Assembly (NCBI GenBank): GCA_964016885.1
Contig: OZ024743.1
Coordinates: 316,882,001-316,946,000 of the forward strand
Source: Eledone cirrhosa
Taxonomy: Eukaryota
DNA: 64,000 nt
Reading direction: 5' to 3'
Below are positions 1 through 13,429 of this stretch, piece by piece. Each line of letters begins with the position of its first letter. The first letter of the stretch is position 1. Under the pieces are notes generated by a model, which did no database searches, was not told the origin of the DNA, and worked only from the letters and a program-made list of their open reading frames with translations. Made by a program: the position numbers and the translations under genes.

Positions 1-102
1 ACACACATATTGGGGCCAAACTCTCCTTCATGAAAACTTAACAAAAAATCAAAGATATTCTGAGTTGTAAAAGTAAATCAATAACCAATGATTATAACTC
101 AC

Positions 103-203
103 CTATAACATAAATTTTATCCTTATGTACAACACTTCCACAGAGTGCTCGTGGACTGGTCATAGATGGTAGTTCCCTCCAAACATTGGACTTGGGGCAA
201 TAT
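103..203 (-). CDS. Kelch-like gene, coding exon 4 (gene continues beyond the left edge)
   Basis: Acceptor ctttcag|A, donor G|gtgag. 101 nt, phase 2 to 1. YCPKSNVWRELPSMTSPRALCGSVVHKDKIYVIG. Confidence 0.9.
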
Positions 204-411
204 CTGAAAGAGAACATAAACAGAATAATAATGTTGTTGCTTTATTCTAAGACTAGCAGTAATACCCAGCATTGCCTGGGTGCCAAATATGTAGTGATGT
301 CTTTTTTTAAAACTTAAATGACTTAACATATAGATAGCTTTTCTGAAGGTTTTTACATACATACTGATTAACAGACGTACTCTTAGTTTCAGTGCCACAT
401 GCATACCTTTC

Positions 412-412
<1 letters not shown>

Positions 413-442
<30 letters not shown>

Positions 443-452
443 CATACATACA

Positions 453-484
<32 letters not shown>

Positions 485-498
485 GAGAGAGAGAGAGC
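413..498. repeat. (TACA)n microsatellite plus (GA)n
   Basis: Directly visible. Confidence 0.95.
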
Positions 499-519
499 AT
501 AGTGTGTGTGTACAGTATA

Positions 520-900
520 GATAATATAATTGACTATACATTACTAGTGAGGCAATAATGTTACTATAATAGACTATACCTTACTAGTGAGGCACTAGTG
601 TCAATATAACTGACTGTACCTTACTAGTGAAGCACTAGAGTCAATATTGACTGTACATTACTAATGAGGCACTTGTGTTGATATAATAGACTATACCTTA
701 TTATTGAGGTACTGTACTAGTGTTGATATAATAGACTATACTTTACTAGTGAGGTACTAATGTTGATATAATAGACTATACTTTACTAGTGAGGCACTAG
801 TGTTGCTATAATCGACTATACCTTACTAATGAGGCACTAGTATCAATATGATAGACTATAACTTACTAATGAGACACTGATGTCAATATGATAGACTGTC
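520..900. repeat. Intronic minisatellite, ~40-bp unit, ~9 copies
   Basis: gactataccttactagtgaggcactagtg... recurs at 531, 571, 611 and onward. Confidence 0.9.
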
Positions 901-1002
901 CCTTCTCCCAAAATTGCTGGCCTTTTGCCAAAATTAAGAAGAATTAAGATTTATTAGAAATAAGAAAGCACATTTCTAGAATAGTTCATCATAGATTCTT
1001 AC

Positions 1003-1200
1003 TTGTAAGCTTTGTCACTGATTTTATTATTGTTTTCACCACCAAATACATACAAATTGCCACGAAAAGCAACAGATGCAAGACAGCGAAGAGGTTGTGG
1101 AAGACTTGCTACAGATATCCATTCATTGGCCAGGAAATTATACTGCTCCACACTGCTGAGAACTTCGGCTCCATCTTGTCCACCAATAGCATACATGTAG
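1003..1200 (-). CDS. Kelch-like gene, coding exon 3
   Basis: Acceptor tttttag|C, donor AA|gtaag. 198 nt, phase 2 to 2. YMYAIGGQDGAEVLSSVEQYNFLANEWISVASLPQPLRCLASVAFRGNLYVFGG is a typical Kelch repeat. Confidence 0.95.
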
Positions 1201-1264
1201 CTAAAAACAAACATCAATTTAGAAAATTTACCATAGGAGATATATGTATTTCAAAGAAAGATGA

Positions 1265-1760
1265 AAGTGCCATGGTAAAATACATCAAGTGCACCATGTA
1301 AAGTGGTAGTGCTGGTGCCATGATAAAATACACCCAGTACACTCTGTAAAGTGATAGCACTGGTGCCATGATAACATACACCCAGTACACCCTGTAAAGT
1401 GGTAGTGCTGGTGCCATGATAAAATCCACCCAGTACACTCTGTAAAGTGTTAGTGCTGGTGCCATGATAAAATTTACCCAGTACACTCTGTAAAGTGGTA
1501 GTGCTGGTGCCATGATAAAATACACCCAGAACACACCGTAAAGTGTTAGTGCTGGTGCCATGATAAAATACATCAAGTACACCATGTAAAGTGGTAGTGC
1601 TGGTGCCATGATAAAATACACCCAGTACACTCTGTAAAGTGTTAGTGCTGGTGCCATGATAAAATACACCCAGTACACTCTGTAAAGTGTTAGTGCTGGT
1701 GCCATGATAAAATGCACCCAGTATACTTTGTAAAGTGGTAGTGCTGGTGCTATGATAAAA
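1265..1760 (+). repeat. 48-bp minisatellite (~10 copies) derived from an RTE/SINE 3' tail module
   Basis: Unit gtaaagtggtagtgctggtgccatgataaaatacacccagtacactct, which runs into the RTE tail motif ggcatccagctgtagaaa. Confidence 0.9.
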
Positions 1761-2321
1761 TTGATGATGTCAGGAATGGCATCCAGCTGTAGAAATTATG
1801 CCAAAAATGGAAGATACATGCGAGACAAGGTACTCCAACCTGTCTAGTTTTGTAGTGTAATGACCTGTCCAACCCATGCCAATATGAAAAAAAAAAAAAA
1901 AAAAAAAATTTGATGAGATGGTCAGCAACAAGGAAGCATCTATGCCATCACTTGACCTGCTAAATATAACAACCAAGTCTTCCTCAAATCACACTATACT
2001 GTCTTGAAGAGAAGAACAATGAATAATGCAACAATAGATACACAATGTATGAACAAAAACGGGATGGTCAGGATTGAAGTATTTTATCTTAAGTATCAGG
2101 GAACAGAGCTAAAAACAACAAAAACATCAGCAACATCAACAACAACATCAGTATCATCATCATCAGCAACACCAACAATATCATGAACATGAGCAACAAC
2201 ACCACTGGCTCAGGAAAAACAAACAGGAAACACAGTGTTACAAACAAAAGATGCTGTATAAAATTCAGTCATTTTTTTCATTTGTGTATGGCCTACTGTT
2301 TATAGATGTAACTTATTGTGT

Positions 2322-3582
2322 ATCATCATCATCATCATCATCAACGTTTAACGTCCGTGTTCCACGCTTGCATGGGTTTGGACGGGGGTAGTCCCACTTG
2401 AGGCAAGAGTGATTGTCTTGCTCGCATAGGACTGTCTGGCAGGTTTTCTACAGCTGGATGCCCTTCCTAACACCAACCACGTTTACAGTGTGGGGCTGGG
2501 AGGTGTTTACCGTGTTGCCTACACGGCCACATTACAGCGTGGACTGTGTGTTTTTTTGTCGTGACACCTACACGATCTCATTTGCTTCGGCCTCGATGGC
2601 GCGGCACCAACATAACTTTACATAGAACGGGGTGGTGTGGATGGGGTGGTGGTGGTGGTGGGACGGGGTGTATTTTGTTAGAGATGCCTACTGGCTGGAG
2701 TAGGTTTTACTATATATTTAGGTAAGGCGGGTCTTCTCTGTTACTGAGTACCGCCAAAGGTCTCGGTCCAGTGACATTGTCTTGGAGAGGTGTAAGTGTG
2801 TGATGTCGGAGTTTATCAGCTCGTCCCAGGTTTTTCTAGGTCTGCCTATTCCGTGACTACCGTCTATCTTTATTGCCCTGCACTTTGTTATACAGCTATC
2901 GACTTTCATGCGCATCACGTGTCCATACCAACGTAGCCTTCTCTCGAGTAAACAACATCTGATCCCTCTTATCTCTAATTTTTTCCTTAGTTCGTTTATG
3001 CTTTGCCGTTCACGTATATTACTGTTACACATCCAGCGGAGCATGCAAGCTTCGTTCCTCTCTAGTCTGCGTATATCCTCTGCACACAATGCCCAGGTCT
3101 CACTGCCATGCAGCATTGCTGTTCGTATGCAGGCATCGTACAACCTGCCTTTCATTTTTAGTGAGAACCCTTTAGCAGCTAATAGTGGTATAAGCTCTCT
3201 GAACTTTTTCCAACCAGTTCTGACTCTAGCTACAGTACTTTCAGAGCACCCTCCCCCACTGCTGATTTTATCGCCCAGGTAACGGAAGCTGTCCACTATT
3301 TCTATAGAACCCTCTGCGCAATTGAAAGAGCTAGTATTTTGTGGGCACTTGCTGCTACTTATTGCACCAGAGCACCGGCCACATGTAAAATCTATGTTCT
3401 TAGTTAGCTTACCTGTGATCCCACTACATCTTTTATGCACCCATACTTTGCATTTAGGACATAAAATGGAGTTTCTACCTACGCCTTTCCTACACACCGA
3501 GCACGACCATTTCCCAGAAGGGACCACCGCCTTGTTTTCTTTCCTACAAACTAATACTTTGGTCTTAGCCAGGTTAATTTTA
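2322..3582 (-). mobile_element. 5'-truncated RTE-clade LINE, young copy
   Basis: Uninterrupted ORF 2718..3527 (FRYLG, LHGSETW, RRLRWYGHVMR, GRPRKTW), 3'UTR and (GAT)n tail at ~2322-2343. Confidence 0.9.
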
Positions 3583-4221
3583 AGTATGTTAAATATAACT
3601 AATTCCTTTGCAGGAAAAAACAGATGGAGGATGATGATGATGGTGAGGATGGTGGTAGTGATGTTGTTGACAGTGGTGTTGTTGTTGTTAGTGGTGGTGT
3701 TGTTGTTGTTAGTGGTGGTGATGTTGTTGGTAGTGATTGTGATTGTGATGATGATGATGATGATGATGATCCTTTAGTTTAGAGGTTTCAAAATTGTTTT
3801 TCCTTTATCCAGTTAACTGCTATTTCTAGCAGACTGAATGACCTCTTAAAAACTCCATTGTAAAACTGATGTTGGGTGACATAATTGTGACAGGCTACCA
3901 AATAGATCCTGTCTCCCCAATTTCACTCTCAAAGTTATCATAAATGAAACTTCCTTGAGATGCCACACAGTATGTTTGAACCAGTGTCCTCAAGGTTGTG
4001 AAGTGAACTTAATGACTTAGCCATGCTGATAGCTTTGGCTCACTCACCTACACACACACACACACACACACCCACATGAACACACAGATGAATAAATACA
4101 TGCACAAGCACACAGACAAGTGCATACATACTCAAGTACACACACAGAGACACATGAGTAGACAGACAATTTTAAAAAAGTAATAAAAAATGTAGTTGAA
4201 TTGATAAAAATGTGAACTCAC

Positions 4222-4411
4222 CCATCAACAATGGTGAGGCAAAACTGTGTCCGTGGACTCTTCATCCTTGCTTTGACTATCCAAGAAGCACTGACTTGAT
4301 CAAACATAACAAGATTACTGGATAAGCCTTCAGGTTGGGAGCCACGATAATTCACCTTACGCAATGTCCCACCAGCTACAAATATCTGATTGTCTCCTGT
4401 AACTGCACAAC
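4222..4411 (-). CDS. Kelch-like gene, coding exon 2 (Kelch repeat)
   Basis: Acceptor cttttctag|G, donor GG|gtgag. 190 nt, phase 1 to 2. Hand translation GCAVTGDNQIFVAGGTLRKVNYRGSQPEGLSSNLVMFDQVSASWIVKARMKSPRTQFCLTIVDG shows the Kelch GG..F..W..M..R pattern. Confidence 0.92.
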
Positions 4412-4950
4412 CTAGAAAAGATCCAGTATAACATCACGTCACAAAATGTTAGACAATAGTTACATACATGACATCTAGTTACAACTTTAAAAAAATCTTG
4501 TAGAGCATCACGTCACAAAATGTTAGACAATAGTCACACAAACGGCATCTAGTTACAACTTAACCCATTTAAACCAGCCATATCCGGCCAGAATTCTCTC
4601 ACCTCTTTCTGTTCAAACCGGCCATAACCTGCTACTCATACCGATGTTAAGTTATTGTTCTCAAAATAAATAACATCAAAATCTCATAGCTTCAATATTG
4701 TGGGATAATGATGTGAGGTAAAGCCTTTACCATGAAAATATAATAGTAAATATAGAGTAATGTAAATGCTAAAGGGTAAAAAAAGATCTTGTAGAACATC
4801 ACATCACAAAATGTTAGACAATAGTTACACAAACGACATCTTGTTACAAACTAGAAAAGATCTCATAGAATGTCATACAATATTAGACAATCCAGTCACA
4901 CAAATGACATCTTGTTACAACCTAGAAAAGATCTTGTAGAATGTCATGTC
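4409..4950. repeat. ~75-bp degenerate tandem repeat beginning at the Kelch exon 2 acceptor, interrupted by a MITE
   Basis: ctagaaaagatc...cacaaaatgttagacaatagttacac...gttacaa recurs about 5 times. Confidence 0.8.
4560..4780. mobile_element. piggyBac-like MITE (TTAA-CCC...GGG-T(T)AA)
   Basis: Starts ttaaccc, ends gggtaaa. An inverted related copy at 58249-58479 shares ggccagaattctctcacc and gtaatgtaaatgctaaa. Confidence 0.6.
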
Positions 4951-5298
4951 ACCATAAACATCTAAGAGAAAAGGAATGGAGCCAATTATCACATCAGACC
5001 AAGGAAACAATGCTTCCACTGGTCTTTTATGGCAGAAAGAACTACATGAAATATAACACAATGTGCTACTTGGGCCAGGTATCAAACCCAAGACCTTATG
5101 ATTGAAAACCTAACACCCTAACCACTAGGCTATGTATCTTCACAGAGAAAAAAAAAAATCACATCACAAAACTTAGGATATAACTAGAGTCCCTACCATT
5201 AAAACACCCAAGAAACCTTCTTTGAAACACAACCTTGTAAGAGACCAACTACACCCACATAGATGTGAACTATAAATTTCATTTTTTTAATTTTGACA

Positions 5299-5622
5299 TT
5301 ACATTGGATGAACTGAAGGAGAAAGTGGGTTTAAGATGAATCCAAAGTGGTATGCAAGAGAGACGACTGTGTTGGTATGGACATATGAGTCATATGGATG
5401 ATGATCATTGAGTGAAGAAGTGCCAGGAAATCCTAGTGGTAGGAAATTGCAGTAGAGGTAGACCAAGGAAGATATGGGCAAAGGTGTTAAGAATTAATCT
5501 CAAATTGCTGAGACTCGCAGAAGAAATGATGAAGGAACATGGCAAATGGAGAGATGTTGTGCTGAGAAGGGCCTGTTCAACCCATGTATGGAAAAATGGA
5601 TGTAAAAACAATGATGATGATT
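5299..5622 (+). mobile_element. Degenerate RTE LINE 3' fragment
   Basis: CWYGH, RGRPRKIW remnants and (GAT)n tail. Similar fragments at 15945-16320(-), 33110-33270(-), 52620-52985(+). Confidence 0.75.
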
Positions 5623-8600
5623 ACAAAACATCAAACAATAGTTAAGCAGATAGCATCTAGGTGTCACACCTTGGTTAGGATGTAAAAAATCCTGAAATAC
5701 AGCAATCTTAACTGAGTATTGAGGTAGCTGCAATATAGTCACTGCTTATAATACTCATATCATTCTCACCATTTTCCATCTGTTTTCCATGCCTGCATGG
5801 GTTCGATGGGTCATCATAGTTTGAGACTAGACAAGTTGAAGAACAACATCTTGCTCAGGTTTCATATTTTGTCATGGTTTCTTACTAGATGCTCTTGCTA
5901 ATGCCAACCACTATACAAACTGTACTAGGTGCATTTTACCATGGCATAAGCACAACCACTTGACAGTGTATTGAGTACATTTGATCATGGCACTAACACT
6001 TTACAGAATGTACTAAGTGAATTCTATCATGGCATTAGCATGAGAGAGGGGTTCAAGTCCTTGACAGCAATCAATTATAAACCTGTGTATGTTTATTATA
6101 CAAAAAACTATTTTTAGGTCTATATTTGCCTTTAAAAAAACTTATGGTATTATGGTATTTGTTCCGACTCTCTATGAATTCAAATCCTGCCAAGGTCAAC
6201 TCTGCCTCTCCTCCTTTTGGGGTCAATAAAATAAAACTAGTCCAGGGTAGTTCATTAGCAGAACTGTCACAGTGTTGGACAAAATGTTTTGTGGTATTTG
6301 TTCCAGCTCTTTGCATTCCGAGTTCAGATTCCACTGAAGACTATTTAGCCTTTTTTATATCAACCTGGCCAAAACCAGTTCTGGTTCTATGTAACAAAGC
6401 CACCCATTTGAAATATTTAAGTTAAAATATCTTGATGTAATTTTATATAAGAACTATTATATATGTTAAGTTACTATATTAGTAATAAAATAAATAATTT
6501 TAGTAAATCCCTCAAAATTCTACATTAATTGAAATAGAATGTATTTCATTAGAAATATGGTCAGGAAGGGTTAATTCATCAGCCAGTTAAACATCATCCA
6601 AAAACCTGGTCCTTAGGTACCTTTGCTGAGTCCATTCTGTTGCAAGTATTTGGACCAAATCCTCAGCTTGAGGACACCTTCCTCTTTCACTCTCACCTGT
6701 CTAGAAATAGTAGTCAAAACATTCCTGAAATAACATTGTCTTTAAAAAGATAAAGGCACATTGGACCAATTTACACACACCCAATCACCCTGGGATTTTA
6801 ACTCACTATGGAATACACAATCACCCACACACAATTAATAAAAGTATTTAACTCACTATAAATAGAAAAGTTACCAAAAATACACATGTAACAATAGGTT
6901 TACTTTTTCCTTTCATGAATTACATAAAAAATCTGAAAATTTTTGCAACATTAGGAGATTAGAACAAATGTTTTATAGCTTACCCCTCCCCCTCACACAC
7001 ACATTCACTCACTCACAAAACATCTGTCTGAAAATAACCTCAACACAGCATGTAAAGCATTGTGAGATGTAATTATACTTGTTTAGGGAAAGTCAGTGTA
7101 ATGTAAATTGAAAATCATCATCATTGAGACCACAGCCGAACATTCCTGACAAAGTCTCTCCACGATTCACAATTTTCTATAGCCCCTGGCAACTGCACAC
7201 AACGGAGATTTGTATTGTCTAAGAGTTGATCGATGAAGGTTCAAGCAGGTCTCCCTCTAATGCGTTTCCCATGAGTTGGGTGCACATCTCACATACATTT
7301 CTGCATGTATTTTATTGTGGCACCAGTAGCAGGGAGGTGGTCATGGCTGATAAATCAAAACATCCACAAATAAAAGAATCAACACATTTTTTTCGCAAGG
7401 AACAACCAGTTGATTTCTATTTTCAGCTGCAATGGTGCTCCATCAACTGTATATTATTAGCCCAGTCTGAAGGAGTTAAATCCTAAACATTTAACAGCAT
7501 AAATATTCTTCAAAACCATGTCAAAATATATGTGTAACTTCAAATTAAACATAGCTACACAATTTAACCTTTTTGTTTTCAATCATTTTGAAAATAATCA
7601 AGAATTTGGAGAGATTAAGTCTAACTAACTTTCTTATCAAGTTGGTGTTTGGCACATAACTTAAAGGTACTTACATAAAATTATGATGAAAGGATTTTAG
7701 ATAGGGAGCTAACCACAAGGACATGACACCCTCTGTAGTGTTGGTGATCAACATAATAAATGTACCCAGTACTTGTTGTAAAGTGGTTGGTGATAGGAAG
7801 GGCATCCAGCCATAGAAAGTTTGTTAAAGTTTTGGAGGGACCCTTCAGTTGTATCAAAGACATGACAATCTCTCTTTTGCTGGTATACTCTGTAAAATGT
7901 GAAACCGTACATAAGCTAGACCCAGATACCTGGCTTGTCTTGGAAGTCAATACTAACTTGGTCTATGAAGACCTGTCAAATCCTTGCTAGCAGGAAAAGC
8001 AGATGTTAAACAACAATGATGATGGCAATGATAAAGATTTTAAGATAAACAGTTTGGTGCCATAGAAGCAGGAGTGGTTTCCTATCAAAAGGGTTTACAA
8101 TATTAATATTCTTTAAAAAATCATGTAAAAATGGAATTGTAACTTTAAATTAAATATTGGTTTCTAATTTAGGTACAAGGCTAACAATTTTGGGAGAAGG
8201 AAAGTCAACCCCAATACTTGATTGGTACTTTATTTTATTGACCTCATGAAGATGAAAGGCAAAGCTAACCTCGGTGGGATTTGAACTCAGAATCTAAAGA
8301 GATGTAACTATATGCTGCAAAGCATGTTGTCTAATACTCTACTAAGATTACCAATCCATTGCTCTTTAAATTAAATAATGTTATATGATTTAAGAATGTG
8401 TGTGTGTAGAGAGAGAGATTAAACGTATGCCAAAATCTCAACTTAGGGGAATATAAGTTAGTCTAACTGATATAATCATCTCGCTACCGTGATTTCAAGA
8501 AAAAAAAAACAATATTATTTCAAATCATTGGAACAACCTATATTGGAAGAACTTATTCTATCACCAGGGAAGAAATTCTTTGGAATAAGAAGAGATATTG

Positions 8601-9018
8601 AACATTAAATATAAGCACCATTTCGTTGTTGAAACAGAATGGTGTCCAAGAGATTGCTTTGTTGAACTACTAAATGAACAAATCTCTCTCTATATATTAG
8701 AACAATATGATGTGCTTATAATGATGCTAGAAATAGCAGCAAAAAAAAAAAAAACGTTTCAATCTACTTTACAATGAAGGAGTAGCTATTATTAATTAAA
8801 AAGTTATTTGTCTCTAATACTTAAACAAGTATAATGTTAACTTAATTCTCTGAGTTAGATATTTTATCTATATATTTTATCCATTCATTGAGATGTCTAA
8901 ATATTAGAGACGCAACGTTTTAATTGGTATATATATAGAAAGTTGAAAATGAACGAACAAAACACAGGAGGCAATTGTACAGTTAGATTAGGTTCACACT
9001 TGATGGAAGTGGAGGAGG

Positions 9019-9056
9019 TTTCAACGTTTCGGACATAAGTCCTTCATCAGGAAAGT
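9019..9056 (-). ncRNA. Minimal type-I hammerhead ribozyme-like motif (Penelope type)
   Basis: Minus strand: tttc CTGATGA a GGAC-ttat-GTCC GAAA cg TT gaaa. Core boxes, 4-bp stem II, palindromic AACGTT stem III, tttc/gaaa stem I. Confidence 0.55.
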
Positions 9057-10741
9057 TTGGATAGGGGAGATATATATATATATATAAACTATGTGTGTTT
9101 GTATTTATAAAGTTAAATTCTGTTGTTTTTTATTATGCCAGCCATTTGCTATTCCATAAACCAGGAATGAAATGAAAAGCTAAAAATAAATAAACTGCCT
9201 GGTATAAATTACTTTCAAAACCTAGATTATAAATTGAATTATATAAGAGATGGATGAAGAGGAACATATTTCTGAGCCAAACTGATGACTAAATAAATGA
9301 CAGAAGAGTGGAATGTTCAGTAAATATAGAATAGAATCATTAAAATATGATTCACTTCTTATGACAGATAAACTAAAAATATTTTACTATAAATAGATTT
9401 ACTGTCTGTACTAACATTAGACTAGAGTGAAGTGAAGAGTTTAGCTCAAGAACGTGATGAGCTGACCAGTCAAGGAATTGAACCTAGAATATTGTGTTTG
9501 TGAGCTCAACACCCTAACCACTTCGCTGTGTGCAGTCACCTATTAATCTTTAGAAAACTGAAATTGAGATTTGGAAACTGAGCTACTATATCAAATATAT
9601 TACAGTGTGTAGATGAAATTTACATATATTCAACGGAGTGTGATGTCAATAACATTTACATATATATTTAATGATAGTAAGGGCATTCAGCCATAGAAAA
9701 CAAAGGTTGGAAGGATCCTTCAGTTGTATCAAAGACATGACAACCTCTCCTGTGCACTCAATAGAACATGAGACCGTACATAAACGAGATGCAGATTCCT
9801 GGCTTGTCTGGGATGTCATTAGCCCCAATTCAGTACTGAGCTATGTTAACTCTGTTGATACCAAACTGACCCTAGATCAGTGATACAAAGCTGCTTATTT
9901 TAAAGTTCATATATATATTTATTTAAAAACCTTCCATTATAATTTAATGTAAAACCCTTATGCTCCAAACACCTGCTTAATAAGTTAGATATATTGCTAT
10001 AATCTTCCAAATTCTTTATTTTCAGAATGAGTGCAAAATATGACAGACAGACATAGATAGATAGGTAGATGGATGGATGGAGACAGACAATCAACAAGCC
10101 GAAGTTCAAAGATTGAATGACAAAACGATGACAAGAGACTTTTTTTTTTGCTATTAGTAAAAATCATACAAGCTAGGTATTTGACTGACTGTCAAACTTC
10201 TATCTTCACTAAATATTATGGATCACTTGACCTTTGAACTGGATCACATGACACAGCAAGTATATCAAACTTCCCAGAACAAGAATGTTATAATTTGTCT
10301 TTGTATCTTCTTTGTTACCCTATTTCTATTGAAATAGGCAACCAATGATTTTCAAATATTTTGAAAATAATCAAGAATTTGGAAGAACTGAATAATAAAA
10401 GTTTCTCATTATTAAACTGGTGTTTGGAACATAACTTAAAGGTTTTTACATAAAAATTATACTGAAATGTTTTTAGATAAATATAAACATTTAAAAATAG
10501 TTTTGTATTTTAGAAGCAGAGGTGGTTTGGAACATAACTTAACAAAGGTTCTTACATAAAATTATAATGGAAGGCTTTTAGATAAATATGTTTTGAAATA
10601 AACAGTTTTTTGTTGTAGAACCAGGGGCAGTTTCAGGCAGTTTGGTATTAATAGGATTATAGCACATGTAATTGCTGATATCAAACCAATCAAGAATGTA
10701 GTAGCCAGTTGCACCTGTAGTAGAGTAGCCAGCCAAAACCT

Positions 10742-12496
10742 GTCACCTGTGGTACAGTAGCCAGCCACACCTGTGATACAATAGCTAGCCACACCTGTGA
10801 TACAGTAGCTAGCCACACCTGTGATACAGTAGCTAGCCACACCTGTGATACAGTAGCTAGCCACACCTGTGATACAGTAGCTAGCCACACCTGTGATACA
10901 GTAGCTAGCCACACCTGTGATACAGTAGCTAGCCACACCTGTGATACAGTAGCTAGCCACACCTGTGATACAGTAGCCAGCCACACCTGTGATACAGTAG
11001 CCAGCCACACTTGTGATACAGTAGCCAGTCACACCTGTGATACAGTAGACAGCCACACCTGTGGTACAGTAGCCAACCACACCTGTGGTACAGTACCCAG
11101 TCACACCTGTGGTACAGTAGCTAGCCACACCTGTTGTACAGTAGCTAACCACACCTGTGGTACAGTACCCAGCCACACCTGTGGTACAGTAGGCAGCCAC
11201 ACCTGTGGTACAGTAGCTAGCCACATCTGTGGTACAGTAGCTAGCCACCCCTGTGGTACAGTAGCTAGCCACCCCTGTGGTACAGTAGCTAGCCACCCCT
11301 GTGGTACAGTAGCTAGCCACCCCTGTGGTACAGTAGCTAGCCACACCTGTGGTACAGTAGCCAGTCACACCTGTGGTACAGTAGCCAACCACACCTGTGG
11401 TACAGTACCCAGTCACACCTGTGGTACAGTAGCTAGCCACACCTGTTGTACAGTAGCCAGTCACACCTGTGGTACTGTAGCCAGTCACACCTGTGGTACT
11501 GTAGCCAGCCACCCCTGAGGTACAGTAGCCAGCCACCCCTGTGGTACAGTAGCTAGCCACCCCTGTGGTACAGTAGCCAGCCACACCTGTGGTACTGTAG
11601 CTAGCCACACCTGTGGTACTGTAGCTAGCAACACCTGTGGTACTGTAGCTAGCAACACCTGTGGTACTGTAGCTAGCCACACCTGTGGTACTGTAGCTAG
11701 CCACACTTGTGGTACAGTAGCCAGTCACACCTGTTGTACAGTAGCTAGCCATACCTGTTGTACAGTAGCTAGCCACACCTGTGACACAGTAACCAGCCAC
11801 ATCTGTGGTAGTAGCTAGCCACCATGTGGTACAGTAGCCAGCCACACCTGCTGTACAGTAGCTAGCCATACCTGTGGTACAGTAGTTAACCACACCTGTG
11901 ACACAGTAGCTAGCCACACCTGTTGTACAGTAGCTAGCCACACCTGTTGTACAGTAGCTAGCCACACCTGTTGTACAGTAGCTAGCCACACCTGTGGTAC
12001 AGTAGCTCGCCACTACTGCTGCACAGTAGCTAGCCACACCTGTGGCACAGTAGCCAGCCACACCTGTGGTACAGTAGCTAGCCACACCTGTTGTACAGTA
12101 GCTATCCACCCTGTTGTACAATAGCTATCCACCCTGTTGTACAGTAGCAAGCCACTACTGCTGCACAGCATCTAGCCACACCTGTGGCACAGTAGCTATC
12201 CACACCTGTAGCACAGTAGCTAGCCACACCTGTGGCACAGTAGCTAGCCACACCTGTGGCACAGTAGCCAGCCACACCTGTGATACAGTAGCCAGCCACA
12301 CCTGTGATACAGTAGCCAGCCACACCTGTGATACAGTAGCCAGCCACACCTGTGATACAGTAGCCAGCCACACCTGTGATACAGTAGCTAGCCACACCTG
12401 TGATACAGTAGCTAGCCACTACTGCTGTACAATAGCTACCCACATTTGTGATACAGCAGTCAGCCACACCTGTAATACAACAGCCAGCCATACCTG
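10742..12496. repeat. Intronic 24-bp minisatellite (~73 copies)
   Basis: Unit cacacctgtggtacagtagctagc, with variant blocks (gata vs ggta, cccc vs cacc). Confidence 0.97.
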
Positions 12497-13429
12497 TTAT
12501 GTTTACATGTAATGTTTACATTTATATGAAAACCTGCCATCATAATTTTACGCAAGAACTGTTATGTTCCAAATATCTGATAAATAACAAAATGTTTATT
12601 TTACTAAATCCTTTTAAATGCTTGATTATTTTCAAAATTATTTTTTTTTAAATACAATGTAAAGGACATTGTATTAGAAATAAGAGTAACCAGGACTAAT
12701 ATATAATAAAAAAAAAAAAAAAAAAAAAAAAAATAAGAATGCTCAGAGATCAGAGAGCTGCTACTTCTTCGAATTGAGAGATCACAGCTCTGATACTATG
12801 AACATGTGGTTAGAATGTCTCAGGAAAGAATCGCTGGACAGATTTTACAGGAAAACCCAGGAGACCCAGGAGTAGACTCTGAGCAGGATGGTTGGATAAC
12901 ATCCATCAGCTTCACTGGTCTCACTTGGGGATCCAGCCTGATCAACTGAAGATAGTTGCTTCTGCCAGGGCCTGCTGAAAGGAGAGTTTGAGAACTCTGC
13001 CCCTACGACCCTCCCAGAAATAAATGGACGAAAAAGGAGAAAATATTGGTGCCACTTTAATATATGGTCTTCTGCAGTGTCTGTAGTCTATGCTGGGTAA
13101 TGACCTTTCTAACCTATGCTAACGTGGAAAAATGGACGTAAAACAGTGATGATGATGATGATCTCTACTGGATTAGTGTTAGTTTTTATAGTTGAAGTAG
13201 GTCACAGTTAAATGCGCAAGTAGACAACACATTAAACTGTAAATGAGCAAGTAAACCACACACTACAGTGTAAATGACCAGTTAAGAAGGGCATCCAGCT
13301 GTAGAAACCAAGCCAGAATATATATCTGTATGAGCAAGACATGGTTACCTGAGCAGACATGTTCCATAATGTGTCAATTTGTCTAACCCATGTAAGCATA
13401 GAAAAATAGAGGTTAAATGGTGATGATGA

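Noticed and set aside
123-500. 125-aa ORF, and similar YI/CV/HT-repeat ORFs at 46628, 61220 and 62923
   Set aside because: Microsatellite translations. The real exon at 103-203 is in another frame.
1214-1717. 167-aa repetitive hydrophobic ORF
   Set aside because: Translation of the 48-bp intronic minisatellite.
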